Below are positions 13,290 to 26,613 of a stretch of DNA of 64,000 bases, in pieces. Positions within the stretch are counted from its first letter, which is position 1. Every line of letters starts with the position of its first letter. A program made the position numbers and the translations under genes. The stretch lies in assembly GCF_009914755.1 (NCBI RefSeq), contig NC_060935.1. One strand, 5' to 3'. The notes beneath the pieces were generated by a model. That model saw nothing but the letters and a program-made list of their open reading frames with translations, was not told where the DNA came from and made no database searches. This stretch comes from the human T2T-CHM13v2.0 reference genome, Homo sapiens.

Positions 13290-14050
13290 TCTTATAAATA
13301 ATTTTTAGAACTATCCCAATAGAAAAATGGATATAGTACATGAATAAAACTTTACAAAAAGAAGGATTTATAGTCAGTAAGCCTGTCTAAAAATGTTCAA
13401 CTTTCCTTACTCATGAGCAAATAACTAAAAATTTAAACATGGAGATACTCTGGACATGTATCATATAATAATAAATAATTATGTACAAATAAAAAATAAA
13501 ATAACCACAATAGTACTGTACAAGGATGGGAAGGGCCCTGTTGAATTGGACTATTGTTCATAGTTGACATATACACAAGCTATTGTGACCACTTTGTTAT
13601 TGGATGCTAACAGTCTTACTTTTTAGAATCTATTATAAAGAAATAATCTGAGGTGGGAATATAAATTAATGCTCAGAGATAATACCAGAATTTTTTTTTA
13701 ATAATGGAAGAACAAAAACACCCTAATATTTAATAACAGACGTGGACTTAAAGAAGCATGGCACTGTTCTAGAATATTATGCAGGCATTACAGTTGTGTT
13801 TTAAGCAATATTTTATAAGCTGAAAATGTCCACAGAAGAAAGAAAAACAAGATACGAAATAGTATGCAAACATCACTGCCACTATGCAAAGGAAACAAAC
13901 ATGTATAAAGCAAAACTGATCAGAAACACATCAAAATTTAACAGTCGTCATCTCTGGGTGGTGGGATTATTAGAAATGTTTGGTTTCTTCTCCATACTTT
14001 CTATATTTTTCAAATTTTCTAAGATTAACATATATCGTATTGTAGTTAAA
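13290..14050 (+). mobile_element. Old L1ME (ORF2 end plus 3'UTR) relic
   Basis: CCCAATAGAAAAATGG, AAAATGTTCAAC and terminal CTCTGGGTGGTGGGATTA...TTTTCAAATTTTCTA typical of L1ME4-like elements. Confidence 0.6.
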
Positions 14051-14673
14051 AAAGTTAAATTTCCCTTATCCGAAACAAACAATCAAACTCAGAAAATAGA
14101 AAGAAAGGAAGAGCCTTTGAAAAATGTATCTAGTTGAAAGGTAAGGGACAGCTTCACAAAGCAGGTTCTTTCCCTCCTATGGTGTCTCCCTCTCTATGAG
14201 GGAAACACAGTTTTAATTTTGGAAGTCTGCGATTTTTTGAAAGACAACAAAAACTGAAGTCAATAAGCTGTGCTGTGTATGGAGGCAAGGACAGCATTCG
14301 CTAGGGATCTTCAATCCGTCAAGTTTACAGAGAACAGGTAGATGGCCCTGCAACCATCACTGAAGAGTAATCCTGTGGTTCTTCCTGCATTCTGCACAGG
14401 GTGCAGGAAACCTCCCTTTCCACACCATCGTCAAGGTGCAGTGATAGCAAACCACATCTCCCAGCCCAGCTGGGGAACCAAAGAAATGAGACGTGCTTCT
14501 TTTCAAGCCAACAGCCAACTCGGTATCTCAGGCTCAGTGTCTCCACTCCAATTTGGTTCACATTCTTTCACTGGCTTCCTCCTGGGTCTTGGTGCGCTGT
14601 CTCTGTACTCGCAGGAGATTCTCCTCGAGCTCAAGCCGTGGAGCAGACGTGATTTAAATTTTATCCTGTAGCA

Positions 14674-14868
14674 CCAGTGGTGGGTTCAGGTGTTATGGTA
14701 TCTGCAGCTTTTACAACTTGGGGTGAGTTCTTTCGAGAAAAAGAATGAGGGCTAAATTACATTCAAAATGAGTATTTAGAATGATAAAATAAACCACATT
14801 ACAAGTCTTAAAACACTGTAGGGGGTGCTTTTAACTGTGTGTGTTGCACGGTCATGTGTATACCTGGC
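14674..14868. mobile_element. MER53-like hAT MITE
   Basis: GCAGCTTTTACAACTTGGGGTGAGTTCTTTCGAGAAAAAGAAT resembles recalled MER53 consensus. Confidence 0.45.
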
Positions 14869-17507
14869 AAGAGAGAAATCCCTTAGGACCAGGCATCCGT
14901 AAGATCTGAGCCATCCACTGGTGGATTTACTCTCACGACGGTGGGGTGAGTTCCCTAGGTCAGCCTGTTTCTTCTGTGTCCCTGCACAGCTCCTGCACAA
15001 GGCGCTGGCTGACGTGTCCATACGTGTCCTATGTGGCTAGGGTAGCTACACCACTGTGGATAGTGGACGTGTGTTTCTGGGGTCATCCCAGTGAGGACAG
15101 CAATGCTCTCACTGCACAGGGAAGCACACGCGGGCACACAAACACGTCCTTACTAAATGAAGCCCCGTGTTCCTACTCCAGCCCCAGGTTTCAGGAAAGG
15201 GAAAGGAGTGTGAAGGAGCAGAGTCTGAAGGGAAAGAGACAGTGACTCCCTGGGTTGACATCTCCTATTTTACAAATTTTATCAACAGATGAGCATCTGA
15301 GCACGTTGCTAGGGCTCCTCGCCAGATCTCCAAAGGGTCTGGAAAGGAAGTGAGAGACAGAAGCATAGCTTCATGGCTTTACGGTCAATCGTGCCCTCCC
15401 TGAGGCACAGAGAGGTGATCTCCCAGAGAACTGCAGCCCTCTCAAGGCTGACCCCAAAATACGATACCACAGAAGGGAAGGGAGCCCTGCAAGGAGAGGG
15501 CCCAGGAAGCAGGGTGGAGGGTCCCTGACTGACAGGCACTGGCTCTCTGGCCCGGGCGCGCCGTCCAGGAGGCGCGTGTTCTTCTGTCATGCAGACACTA
15601 CCGCAGTCAGGACAGGTGGCCTTCCGCGTTTTCGTTTGGGGAGACAGAGAAATAGGTCATGCTCTGTGAGTGGCGAAGGCACATCCTGTGTGGTAAATGG
15701 CTTGTTTTCCTGTTCATATGTTTGGTTTTGGTTGGTGTTGGGGAGGGTATAAGTAACACTCTCCTCTTCTGAGTTCAGGATTCATTGAGAGACTGACGAG
15801 AACCTGAGGTCAATGTGTCAACGCTGCTCCAGACATGGGGGAGGGGTGTGACTGCGGTACAAAGGGCTTTCCCTTACTTCTCCCTGGTTTAAATTAACAA
15901 TGTGGTCGCAGGCAGGCCTCTGTGCTGCAACCACGAGCAGACCAGGATGTCTGTGTGCTGCGGCCAGGCTGCTGCCAAGGAGAACCAGAAGGGGTGCATT
16001 TTCAGCCAGGCAGATTCCTGCTCACAAGCTCCCCTGGCAGGAGAACAGCTTCTTCCCCCAGGAGAAGTCAGGAAGAGATAGGGAGAGAGGCAAGCAGTCA
16101 GACACACTCAGAAATCCCTTTATATTGAAATAAAAAGCTAGAGAAATGTGTGTCTTCTCCTAAACACAGCTTCTATGAGTTGCCCCTCAACTTCTCCAGA
16201 TGGTACAGATAGGCAGGGGCCAGGTTCTGCCAGTTGCTGCACAAATGAGCTTGAGCTCCGAGTGCAAGTTTCAGCCTGGTGTGTCCTCTCTCCACATGCA
16301 CTCCAGGAAGGCTGTGGGTTAGCCCACACAGATGTCTCATGTGCGAAACCGTTTGGAACTAGAGTCATCTGGGGACAGCTACCTGCTTCTGCTCCCTGGA
16401 TCCACCAAGGACCAGCAGAGAGAAGGCATAATCATGGCACAAAACTTATGCTGCTACTAAGTGTGCCGGTAAAATGCTTGCACTGGAAAGGGAAATATCT
16501 CATAACAAATAAATGAATGAGCCCTTTGGATTTTACATCAATCTCTGTGAGTTTAGCCCATGCGAGAGAGACTGCACAGCTCTGCATGCATTGGTAAAGT
16601 CATGTTTTGGCCTGATAGGATGGAAGACCAGGCCCTGAGCCACAGTCCATAGTCAAAACATCTGATGGCATCTGTACCCCAGGAGCTAGCCTGCCGGCCA
16701 AGACCTGGCCACAGCCCTCTCTCCCAAGTCGTTGTGGGCTACCTCCTGAGCAGCTCTAAAGGGCCTCCTATGGCCTGCCTCAGCTTTACTGACTACTTAG
16801 TGCAAGGAAAAGATAAATGATCATCCATTTTAAATTCCAAACTCATTTCTCCAAACATTCTTTTTAAAGTCTCTGGAAGAAGCTACTTGCAGTTAAAAAC
16901 TGCATTTGCCAAAAAGAGGCTGTCAATTCAAAGTTCCTGATCAATCCAGGCATTTAAAAGTCTCCACTAGTTCACTGGTGTAGCTTTCAAAACCTCATCA
17001 GCATATATATATTTCTCTAATTGGCTCGCTATTTACCCGGGAATTTATTCTGGATGGAATTATGGAGAGATGATTTCTAAATGTCTATTTTATTGTCAAC
17101 TCTTCTTCCACAGCTAAAGACTGACCTAGGATCCAATTATTGAGAAAACTGGAAAGAAAATTAGCTGGAGATACAGTATAGTCAGTGGTGACCTATTTAT
17201 AAAATTCTTCTTAAAATCACATAATAATATTATTACCTTGTGTACATAGACTATTTCATAACTACAATTCAACACATGCCTGTCATTTTTTTCCCTAATA
17301 GCTTTACATAGAGTTTTTTTTAACATAAGGCAAAATTACAACTTATAATTCTGGATAAACTAATTAAAATGATGCTCCTAGATAACTTAGCCAGCAATCA
17401 TTTAAAATTAAATTTAAATTCTAAATCCCTCATACAGAATCCCCATTTCTTCTCTTGACATTATCTCACATGGATTGACATTTTAGGATATAAATATGGT
17501 TTGATTG

Positions 17508-18250
17508 CTCATTCATTCATTCATTCATTCATTCAACATTATGTGCCAGGGTGTTTATTCAATGCTGGAGACACAAAGCTGAGAAACGAACTTTGTCCAA
17601 GCCAACTGGAGTGTGTGTCTTGCAGGATAGTTAGTGTGAAGTGACGCACACTGTCATATTCATGTTTTGGATGTCTGCATGCTGAGGGGAGTTGGGAAAC
17701 TTCATGGAGGAGGCCATGCTTCAGATAAGTCTTTACTTTGGCCAGCAGACAAGGAGGACAAGAAAACCACATGCAGAATCAGCAGACAGGATAAATGCTT
17801 GAAGCTCTGCGGAGGAACAGCCTGGTAAGGGGTCACAGCTGGCTAGGGACCAGCAAGGCATGTGAGGACAGGTGGCCCAGCAGCAAGGCGTGCTTTCGGG
17901 AAGAGGCAAGGACCTCAGATGCCATGTGAAGGGCTGCAAACTCATCTCTGGGAGCTGGGTACCCAGGCAGAATATTAAGCAGAGAAGTGTTACGATTCAG
18001 CTGCATTTTGAAAAGATTACTCTGGTGAGAGGAAGAAGGATAAATGCACGAGGGAAGTATGAGGGATGAAACAAGGAGGTCCACACCTGAGATGACTATA
18101 GGTAGTCTTAGCAAGTCTGTGGTTTGTGCAGTGGTGGGGTAGAAACCGGACTGCTGTTGACGAAGACTGAATAGGAAAATAAGAAGCAGAGGCAACAAAA
18201 ATAGCCTCGGCTTTCAAGACATCTGGAAGTGAAGGAAAGGAGAGAGAGAA
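17508..18250 (-). mobile_element. L2 (3' part)
   Basis: (ATTC)n tail followed by ATGTGCCAGG...GCTGGAGACACAAAG and GCATTTTGAAAAGATTACTCTGG. Confidence 0.8.
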
Positions 18251-18304
18251 AGATCAGTGACTAAAAACAAGAACCTGTTTGAAACTATTTGGATTTCCTT
18301 TTAA

Positions 18305-18662
<358 letters not shown>

Positions 18663-19729
18663 TATTTTTTTTTTTCATACTTCTTTCTAACAGGTATCTA
18701 AACTCACACCACATCCATTTTATAAAGTTGTTTTTTAGAGGGGATGCAGGCTGGTGAAGAAGCTACCTGCATTTTTTAAAAATATGCTAATCTAAAATGG
18801 TTGATTCTTCTTCTTATAAAAACAAAAGGAAATGAAAAACTAAAGAGATAAGAACATGAGTTATTGCAATCAGCTAGCACTCTCCTTTTTCTGCACTCCA
18901 GGGAGAGCCACAGAAATGACAGCTGAGCTGGACAAGTTGTGATGGACAAAGGCAGCCTGTTCTCACATGTTAAGTCCACACTCAAGAAGTATGCAGTTTC
19001 TAGGGAGGAGCTCACTAGATTATTGGAACATCATCGTTAGTTGATATGCTTGGTTTTTATGGTAGCTATCTATCATGTCTCCTTATTATTTATCAAGAGG
19101 CATTAGCAGTAGGAGGGAGACCCGTGGGTCAACTGCCAGCCCTCCATGAACTGGGCAGGATCAAGTAGAAGAGGTCAGATCCTAAGTGAGAGGTCAGATC
19201 TCCCAGGCTGGCCCTTGCAGCGAAAGGTGAAGTTTTAACACGATTGCTTCAGTGTCACTAAAGTGTCATCTCACTTTATATGCTTTATCTTTATTCACAC
19301 AAATTTCACACAGTACTCTCCATATCCTATGATTCAATGAAAAAGTATCAAGGGGACAGTGAGAGATGGAGGTTGATTGGAACAGACCAGTCTGACCCCA
19401 GAGATGATATTCTGGAGCTGCCTCTGCTCAGACACAGAAAATGGATCATTCTAGACCAAAAAGAGAACCTGATAATGCACTTTGCCTAGACAGAACCCAA
19501 TATACAAAGTCCACTGAAGAAACAAGAGAACAAAGGGCCATGTGATTAGGAAATGGTTATTTATGTTTCAAGGGTATGTGCCACAGCATGCTTTTCATAT
19601 AAAAAACAACCATAGCAGATTTAAGATACCCATTTACTCACCAAAACCGTATATTAATGCCAAGCTCCTCAATAGCATTTTTAAGCATTCATATGGTGTG
19701 TTCTTGCATAACTTCACACATTAGGTGAG

Positions 19730-19960
19730 GGGAAGCATTACAGCAGAGTGGGTAAGAGCATGGGCTTTGAGCCAAGCAGATTTGGGGTGATATCTGGGCT
19801 CTGCTATTTCCCACCACATAATATAGGTCGGTTAATCACTCCTTCTGAACCCCACAATATATACCTGCCTCTGAGGGTGACTGTAAAAAATAGAAGAGCC
19901 AGTTATGAAAAATAAACGCTTAGTGAAGAGTGTCATATGGTAAACATTCGGTAATTTTAG
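19730..19960 (+). mobile_element. MIR
   Basis: GTGGGTAAGAGCATGGGCTTTGAGCC...CTGGGCTCTGCTATTTCC. Confidence 0.65.
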
Positions 19961-20750
19961 TGATTTTTTTTTAATGAAACGTATCATAGAATAATGTTTA
20001 GGAATTTTTACCTATATTTCATCCCCTATTAAATCCATCTGCTTTATCTTCCCTTCTCTCTCCTTTCTCTTTCTCATTGCCCACTTCCTGAGGCAGCAAA
20101 GCCATTCCAGGCCTATGCCCTCCAGGCACTGTTGTTAACTGCAGGCATGTGAAGAGAAATCACATACATTAATCTATGGGCTTAGAGTTTCTAAGGTGGA
20201 CACAATTTATAAAATTATTTCTGGAAGTAGGATGGTCCTCTAGCCCTTTCCTTCTGCTCCAGGGAAAATGAAAAATCCCTTGGCTAGAGAGAAGGGGGTG
20301 GAAAATCTGCAGAGGAAGTTGGTTCCCAGGCCTTGAGGTGCATGGCAGAGATGGCCATGTGGGGTTCTTAAGCAAATAAAGCCTAAGACAGCCAGACACA
20401 GCTTTTCAAGAGAACTGCCCAGTTGTTCTGGTGTGAAATAGCTGAGCAGGGGTACATAGATGCCTGTCAGAGTGGCATAGGGAAATTGTGGGTCATTACT
20501 CAAGACCACACTAGCACAAGGGCATTTCAGAGGGCAACTCCAGGTCAGAGCATGTCCAGGAATGGGACAGAACCCACCTCCCACCACCCCTTCTTTAGCA
20601 CAGTGCACTAAGCAAGCTTCCCCAAAACATAAAGGACACCCTGGAAGAGAGAGAGAAAATGCTGACCTGATCAAGTTCGTTCAGAATTGACTAAGAATAA
20701 ATTCTTGCCCCCAGGTATAATGGAAATGAGACAAACATTAAGTTCTTCTA

Positions 20751-22913
20751 TGTATTAGTCTGTTTTTGCACTGCTGTTAAAGAACCCTTATATAACCATG
20801 AGATCTCGTGAGACTTATTCACAATCACGAGAACAGCATGGGAAAGACCTGCCCCCATGATTCAATTACCTCCCACCTGGTTCCTCCCACAACAAGTTGG
20901 AATTTGAGAAGAGATTTGGGTGGGGACACAGCCAAACCATATTATTCCACCCCTGTCCTCCCCCCGCACCCCACAAATCTCATGTCTTCACATTTCAAAA
21001 CCAATCATGCCTTCCCAAGAGTTTCTCAAAGTCTTAACCCATTTTAGTATTAACTCCATAGTACAAAGTCTCATCTGAGACAATGCAAGTTCCTTCTGCC
21101 TACAAGCCTGTAAAATCAAAAGCAAGTTAGTTACTTCCTAGATACAATGGGGGTACAGGCATTGGGTAAATACAGCCATTCCAAACGGAAGAAATTGGCC
21201 AAAACAAAGGGGCTACAGGCCCCATGCAAGTCTGAAATCCAGTAGGGCAGCCAAATCTTAAAGCTCCAAAATGATCTCCTTTGACTCCAGGTCTCACATC
21301 GAGGTCATGCTGATGCAAGAGTTAGGTTCCCATATCTTGGGCAACTCCGTGGTTTTGCAGGGTACAGCCTCCCTCCCAGCCACTTTCATGGGCTGACGTT
21401 GAGTGTCTGAGGCTTTTCCAGTGCAAGCTGTCAGTAGATCTACCATTCTGGGGTCTGAAGGATGGTGGCCCTATTCTCACAGGTCCATGAGGCAGTGCCC
21501 CAGTAGGGACTCTGTGTGTGGGCTCCAACTCCACATTTCTTTTCTGCACTGCCCTAGCAGAGGTTCTCCATGAGAGCCCCACCCCTGCAGCAAACTTCTG
21601 CCTGAATATCCAGGCGTTTTCATACATCCTCTGAAATATTGACTTCTGTGCACTGGCAGGCTCAACACCATGTGGAAGCTGCCAAGACTTGAGGCTTATA
21701 GTCTCTGAAATCACAGCCCAAACTCTACATTGGCCCCTTTTAGCCATGGCTAGAGTGGCTGGGATCCAGGGTACCAAGTCCTTAGGATGCACACAGCAGG
21801 GGGGGCCCTGGGCCTAGCCCAGGAAACCACTTTTTCCTCCTAGGCCTCTGGGACTGTAATGGGAGGGGCTACTGCGAAGATCTCTGACATGTGCTGGAGA
21901 ACATTTTCCCCATTGTCTTGGGGATTAATATTCGACTCCTTGTTACTTATGCAAATTTCTGCAGTGGGCTTGAATTTCTCCTCAGAAAATGGGATTTTCT
22001 TTTCTATTGCATTGTTAGGCTGCAAATTTTCCAAACTTTTATTCTCTGCTTCACTTGTAAAACTGAATGCCTTTAACAGCACCCAAGTAACATCTTGAAT
22101 GGTTTGCTGCTTAGAAATTTCTCTGCCAGAGTGAGCCGAGATCACGCCACTGCACTCCAGCCTGGGCAACAGCGAGACTCCATCTCAAAAAAAAAAAAAA
22201 AAAAGAAAGAAATTTCTCTGCCAGATACCATAAATCATCTCTCTCACGTTCAAAGTTCCACAAATCTCTTAGGCAGGGGCAAAATGCTACCAGTCTCTTT
22301 GCTAAAACATAACAAGAGTTACCTTTGCTCTAGTTTCCCCAAAATTCCTCATTTCCATCTGAGACCACCTCAGCCTGGACTTTATTGTCCATATTGCTAT
22401 CAACATTTTGGGCAAAGCCATTCAACAAGTCTCTAGGAAGTTTTAAACTTTGCCACGTTTTCCTGTCTTCTCCTGAGCCCTCCAAACTGTTCCAACCTCT
22501 GCATGTTACCCAGTTCCAAAGTTGCTTATACATTTTTGGGTATCTTTTCAGCAGCGCCCCACTCTACTGTTTTTATGCTGCTGATAAAGACAGACATGAG
22601 ACTGGGCAATTTACAAAAGGAAGAGTTTTAATCAATTTACAGTTCCACATGGCTGGGGAGGCTTCACAATCATGGTGGAAGGCAAGTAGGAACAAGTCAC
22701 ATCTTACATGGATGGCAGCAGGCAAAGGGAAAGCTTGTGCAGGGAATCTCCCCCTCATAGAACCACCAGATCTCATGAGACTTTTATTCACTATCATGTG
22801 AACAGCATGGGAAAGACCTGATCCCATGATTCAATTACCTTCCACTGGGTCCCTCCCACAACACATGGAAATTCAAGATGAGATTTAGGTAGGGACACAG
22901 CCAAACCATATCA
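20751..22913 (-). mobile_element. Full THE1 (THE1A-like) MaLR provirus: LTR-internal-LTR
   Basis: 3' LTR 20751-20944 (TGTATTAGTC...CAAACCATATTA), internal region with THE1-int ORF remnants (ORF 21322-21792), 5' LTR about 22568-22913 ending CCAAACCATATCA. Confidence 0.93.
22131..22207 (+). mobile_element. Severely 5'-truncated Alu (about 56 nt plus polyA) inside THE1-int
   Basis: GTGAGCCGAGATCACGCCACTGCACTCCAGCC...CTC-An with perfect 18-bp TSD AGAAATTTCTCTGCCAGA (22113-22130, 22208-22225). Confidence 0.95.
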
Positions 22914-23472
22914 ACATTTTTTTTTTTTTAAAGAAAACCTCATAATAATGAGGTTACAGTTTTGAAGACTTAGTCTAAGTTTGTAGCTTGAGAGATTATT
23001 TCCAGTTACAAAAGAAATATTGAACTGATTCCTTGTAGAACCAAAGAGTTGAGCGGGCAGCGTAAGTGTGTGTGTGGGCTGGCAGGATGGTGGCTAGGAA
23101 AACCAACCGCCATGGTCCAGAAGCAGGACCGTGGAAGAGGAAGCAGAGAGTTAGGATGGGGATTTATCTGCGTTAAAAAACTGCAAGGCCATTTGGGCCT
23201 GCTTCTATTACTTTAAGTTACCGCTCATCCAACAGACGTAAAGGACATGGTTCCATGTGCCTGAAATACCTCCCATCCCTCCGCACTTCCTGCCAAACCC
23301 CTCCCTTTTTCTAGTTGTTCAGTATAAAATAATCCTACAGTAAAACTCCGTTTTAATGTCTTTTATCTATGGACCCTTCCCTGACCCCATGCGGAATGAG
23401 TCCAGCATTCTCTGTGCTCCTGAAGCTCCTCACACACACTGCACATTCATCAATGCTTAGCACTACGCTGAT

Positions 23473-23700
23473 TGCTAACATTTATCGGGGACTCACTTGT
23501 GCCAGACACTGTCATGAGCACTATATATACGCATCAATCAACTAATTTTCTCATCCTTCTGGAGAAGGTGCTATGAAGAGTTCTGTTTTACAGAGAAGAA
23601 AACCAGCATAGAGAGGTAGGGTCGCTCTCCTGAGGTCACGTGGTTAGGTAAGTGGATTGCAAACCCAGGTATTCTGAGTCTAAAGCCCTGCTATTCAATA
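23473..23700 (-). mobile_element. MIR
   Basis: GCTAACATTTATCG...TGTGCCAGACACTG...GTTTTACAGAGAAGAAAAC...CCTGAGGTCAC reverse MIR. Confidence 0.75.
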
Positions 23701-23968
23701 CTAGGTGATCTGACGTTTCACCTGTGCCTAGAGATTTAGGTGAACCGAGGTTCCCATCCTCATTTCTCCCGGTAACTTGTGGGCTTCTCCATTTATCTGT
23801 CCATTCAGAAAACAAACAGGCGTGGAGGCCTCCTCTGTGCCAGCCAGGGCTCTCCTGGGGAGGAAAGAGCTCTGTTGTCACCCCTATAGCCATGGGCCTT
23901 TCCTGTGTGCTGCATAAACGGAAGCCCCAGCTGCTCTCCTGGCACACCCGGAGCCCTAGAGCCCAGCA

Positions 23969-24110
23969 CAGTCATCCTCAACCTCAACTGCAGGCTGGAA
24001 TCATCCAGGCGTCTTTAAAAACATACTGACATCGAGTCCCATGCCCATCAATTATGATTTAATTGGCCTAGGGTAGGTCCTAGGCATTGGGATTTTTAAA
24101 ACCTCCCAGG
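23969..24110. mobile_element. MER5-like MITE fragment
   Basis: GGAATCATCCAGG...TGATTTAATTGGCCTAGGGTAGG...GGGATTTTTAAAACCTCCCAGG. Confidence 0.7.
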
Positions 24111-24929
24111 GGCTGGCACTTCTGCTCTGGAATCTCCAGTCGGGAAAATACTCATGGAATAAAATATCCTCCTACAGCCCTATGAAATTATCTCCTGAGG
24201 AGGATTAGTTCCCTATTCTAAAAAATTTCACCCTTAAAAAGAAAGCTAGGTGTAATATGACAGCTCAGCAGTGGCAAGGCCGAGTGCAGGCCAAGATCCT
24301 GAGCCAGCCCTTGGTGCACGCAGCTCTGGGCTTCCCCAGCTCCTCTGCCGGGTAAGCTGGGACAGATCTGAAGGGCAGTGGGGTTTGTCCTTCAGAAGTT
24401 CCCTTCCACGGCTAAGAGGGAGGAAGAAACAGGTTTACCACACAGCTCACCAGGGAGCTTCAAGAACAGCATGGACGTTTGATTTACAGGGTAAACTGGT
24501 GAAAGACGAAAACGTGTGCCGCGCCTGTAACAAGCAGGGCTGCTCCATGGGAACACCTGTGCCGGCGCAGCCCGCCCACCCCGGACAGCGCCCGCACCCT
24601 GTCTCCCCTGGCCAGGCTCCTGTAGCCCCAGGCAGAAAGGGAGTTGCGAATTATTTGAGGATATGCTGAGAGTGTCCTGCCTGGGTGACAGGAGTCTCAT
24701 AAATCATTCCTTCTCTGTATTTGATCTCTCTTTCAAGCGGAGTCATGTCAACTCACTGGGGAATCTGAGGCCCTGGAATCACTGTGAAGGCATCGTTTGG
24801 GTGTGCAGAGCTGCAAGAAGAGACAAAAGATGATGGAGCTAGGAAAATAGCAGAGGGGCCAGCCAGAAGATAACATACAATAATAAAATCAATAATAATA
24901 ACAGTATATACTAATTGCTACTAATTACT

Positions 24930-25320
24930 TTTCTCTCTAGCATTTTTTTTAATCACCTGCTCACTTGTGATTTGTTTGGTTTTTGAAGTTCTCTCCCTAC
25001 TTCAACACAGCCTCCATGGTGACAGGGTATAACTTGTTCCTGCTGTAACCTAAGTGCCTAAAATAGTACCAGGCATAGAGTAGCTGCTACTAAATATTTG
25101 CTGAATTAATTAAATATAACAGGATTTATGTGCTATGATGTAAATAGCCCATGTGAACTCATTTAATCATCATAATAATACTGAAAGGTAGACATTCCTG
25201 ATGCCATGTGGAAACAAGGAAACAAACTCAGAAAAATTACAAAATTCCCCTGAATTAAATATGTAGCTGAGTAGATGCCCATTCAATTTTGACTACTGCC
25301 AGGTCTGTGCTCTTTCTACC
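24930..25320. mobile_element. L2 3' end (plus) followed by MIR (minus)
   Basis: AGTGCCTAAAATAGTACCAGGCATAGAGTAG...TAAATATTTGCTGAAT then CTCATTTAATCATCATAA...AAGGAAACAAACTCAG. Confidence 0.6.
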
Positions 25321-26417
25321 ACCCCAATGCTGGGCCCCAGTGAAAAAAAATTAAGAAAGTAGATGGAGGAGAAAGACAATAATGATGATGAGGAGATGGA
25401 GGAGAAGAACGAGGAGGAGATAAAATAAAAGCAGAAGGAAAAGGAAAGTGAACAAGTTCAATGTGAAAGAAAGGCTGGTTAGGGGGTCAAGAAGTAGCAC
25501 TCTTCTCAAATGCCACCGATGGAAGAGAGAAGTGTAGCAGCCTCAGGGAAGATGAGAGTAAAAATGAACTTTCTGTGGACTCACTTGGACTCACTGTCAC
25601 TTCACATTATGCACAATGATTTTATTTAACAACATCCTTGTAGAGCTCAAGTAAAAGCAAGATACATTGTACATACCCAGGCAGCTTTTTTTAAAGCCCT
25701 CATGAATGGATGTTTAACTAATCTTAAAATGCACATTCAGCTGCACTATCTCATGATGTCCTGGATCTGTGAAAACCGAACACACCCATATTATAGATTT
25801 TACACACACACACACACTCTTCCAAGGTTGGACAAAGGTTAAACGGGCTGGTCAAACTTGAGCATAAGTCACACCTGTGTCAGGAACAGAATGCCAAAAG
25901 ATCCTTAATGTTACTCCAGTAGCTGTGTATTCTGGAACTCCCAGACAGGTACATCGTCTGTCTCCTTTGCTCATCCAAGGTTCAGCAGCCACAGTTTAAT
26001 CACACTTTCCCAATGGGAAAGACTTTGCAGCAATTGCATCTACTCAGTCAAAAGGGTTCCAGAATGAGAAAAGGCTGGTGTTAACGCCTTAAGATTACAT
26101 TCTTAGTCCATGTGGTTTGCATTCAAATGCCTTCTGCAGGACAGCCGTGGAGTTTGTCAGAAAACATCAGACCGCCTTTGTTGGTTGATGAGTGAGAACA
26201 GTTGTCAGGAGACACAGGAAGGAAGAAGCCAGCCCAGGTACACATGAAGGGGATGAGCAGGATATTCTACCAAAGGCAAGTAGAACTTACTTAATATGGC
26301 ACCAAAGGGATGCTTTTCCAGGACAGACTATTCTGAGTCATCACCACAAAGACAACAAACTGAGTTCCTTGAGAAAAGGGTTCGGATTTTGTTTACCAAT
26401 GCAGTCTTCTATGTGAC

Positions 26418-26613
26418 TTTTTTTTTTTTTTTTTTTTTTTGAGACAGAGTCTTGCTCTGTCACCCAGGCTGGAGTACAGTGGCACGATCTCAGCTCACTG
26501 AACCCTCCACCTCCTGGGTTCAAGGAATTATCTGCCTCAGCCTCCCGAGTAGCTGGGATTACAGGCACCCGCCACCACACCTAGCTAATTTTTTTTGTAT
26601 TTTCAGTAGAGAT
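26418..26613 (-). mobile_element. 5'-truncated AluS (right arm plus linker)
   Basis: Poly-T, right monomer, ends at AGTAGAGAT; flanks share TTCTATG (degenerate TSD). Confidence 0.92.

Noticed and set aside
21127-22827. Cluster of 60-156 aa ORFs
   Set aside because: THE1 internal/LTR and Alu-derived reading frames with no intact retroviral gene
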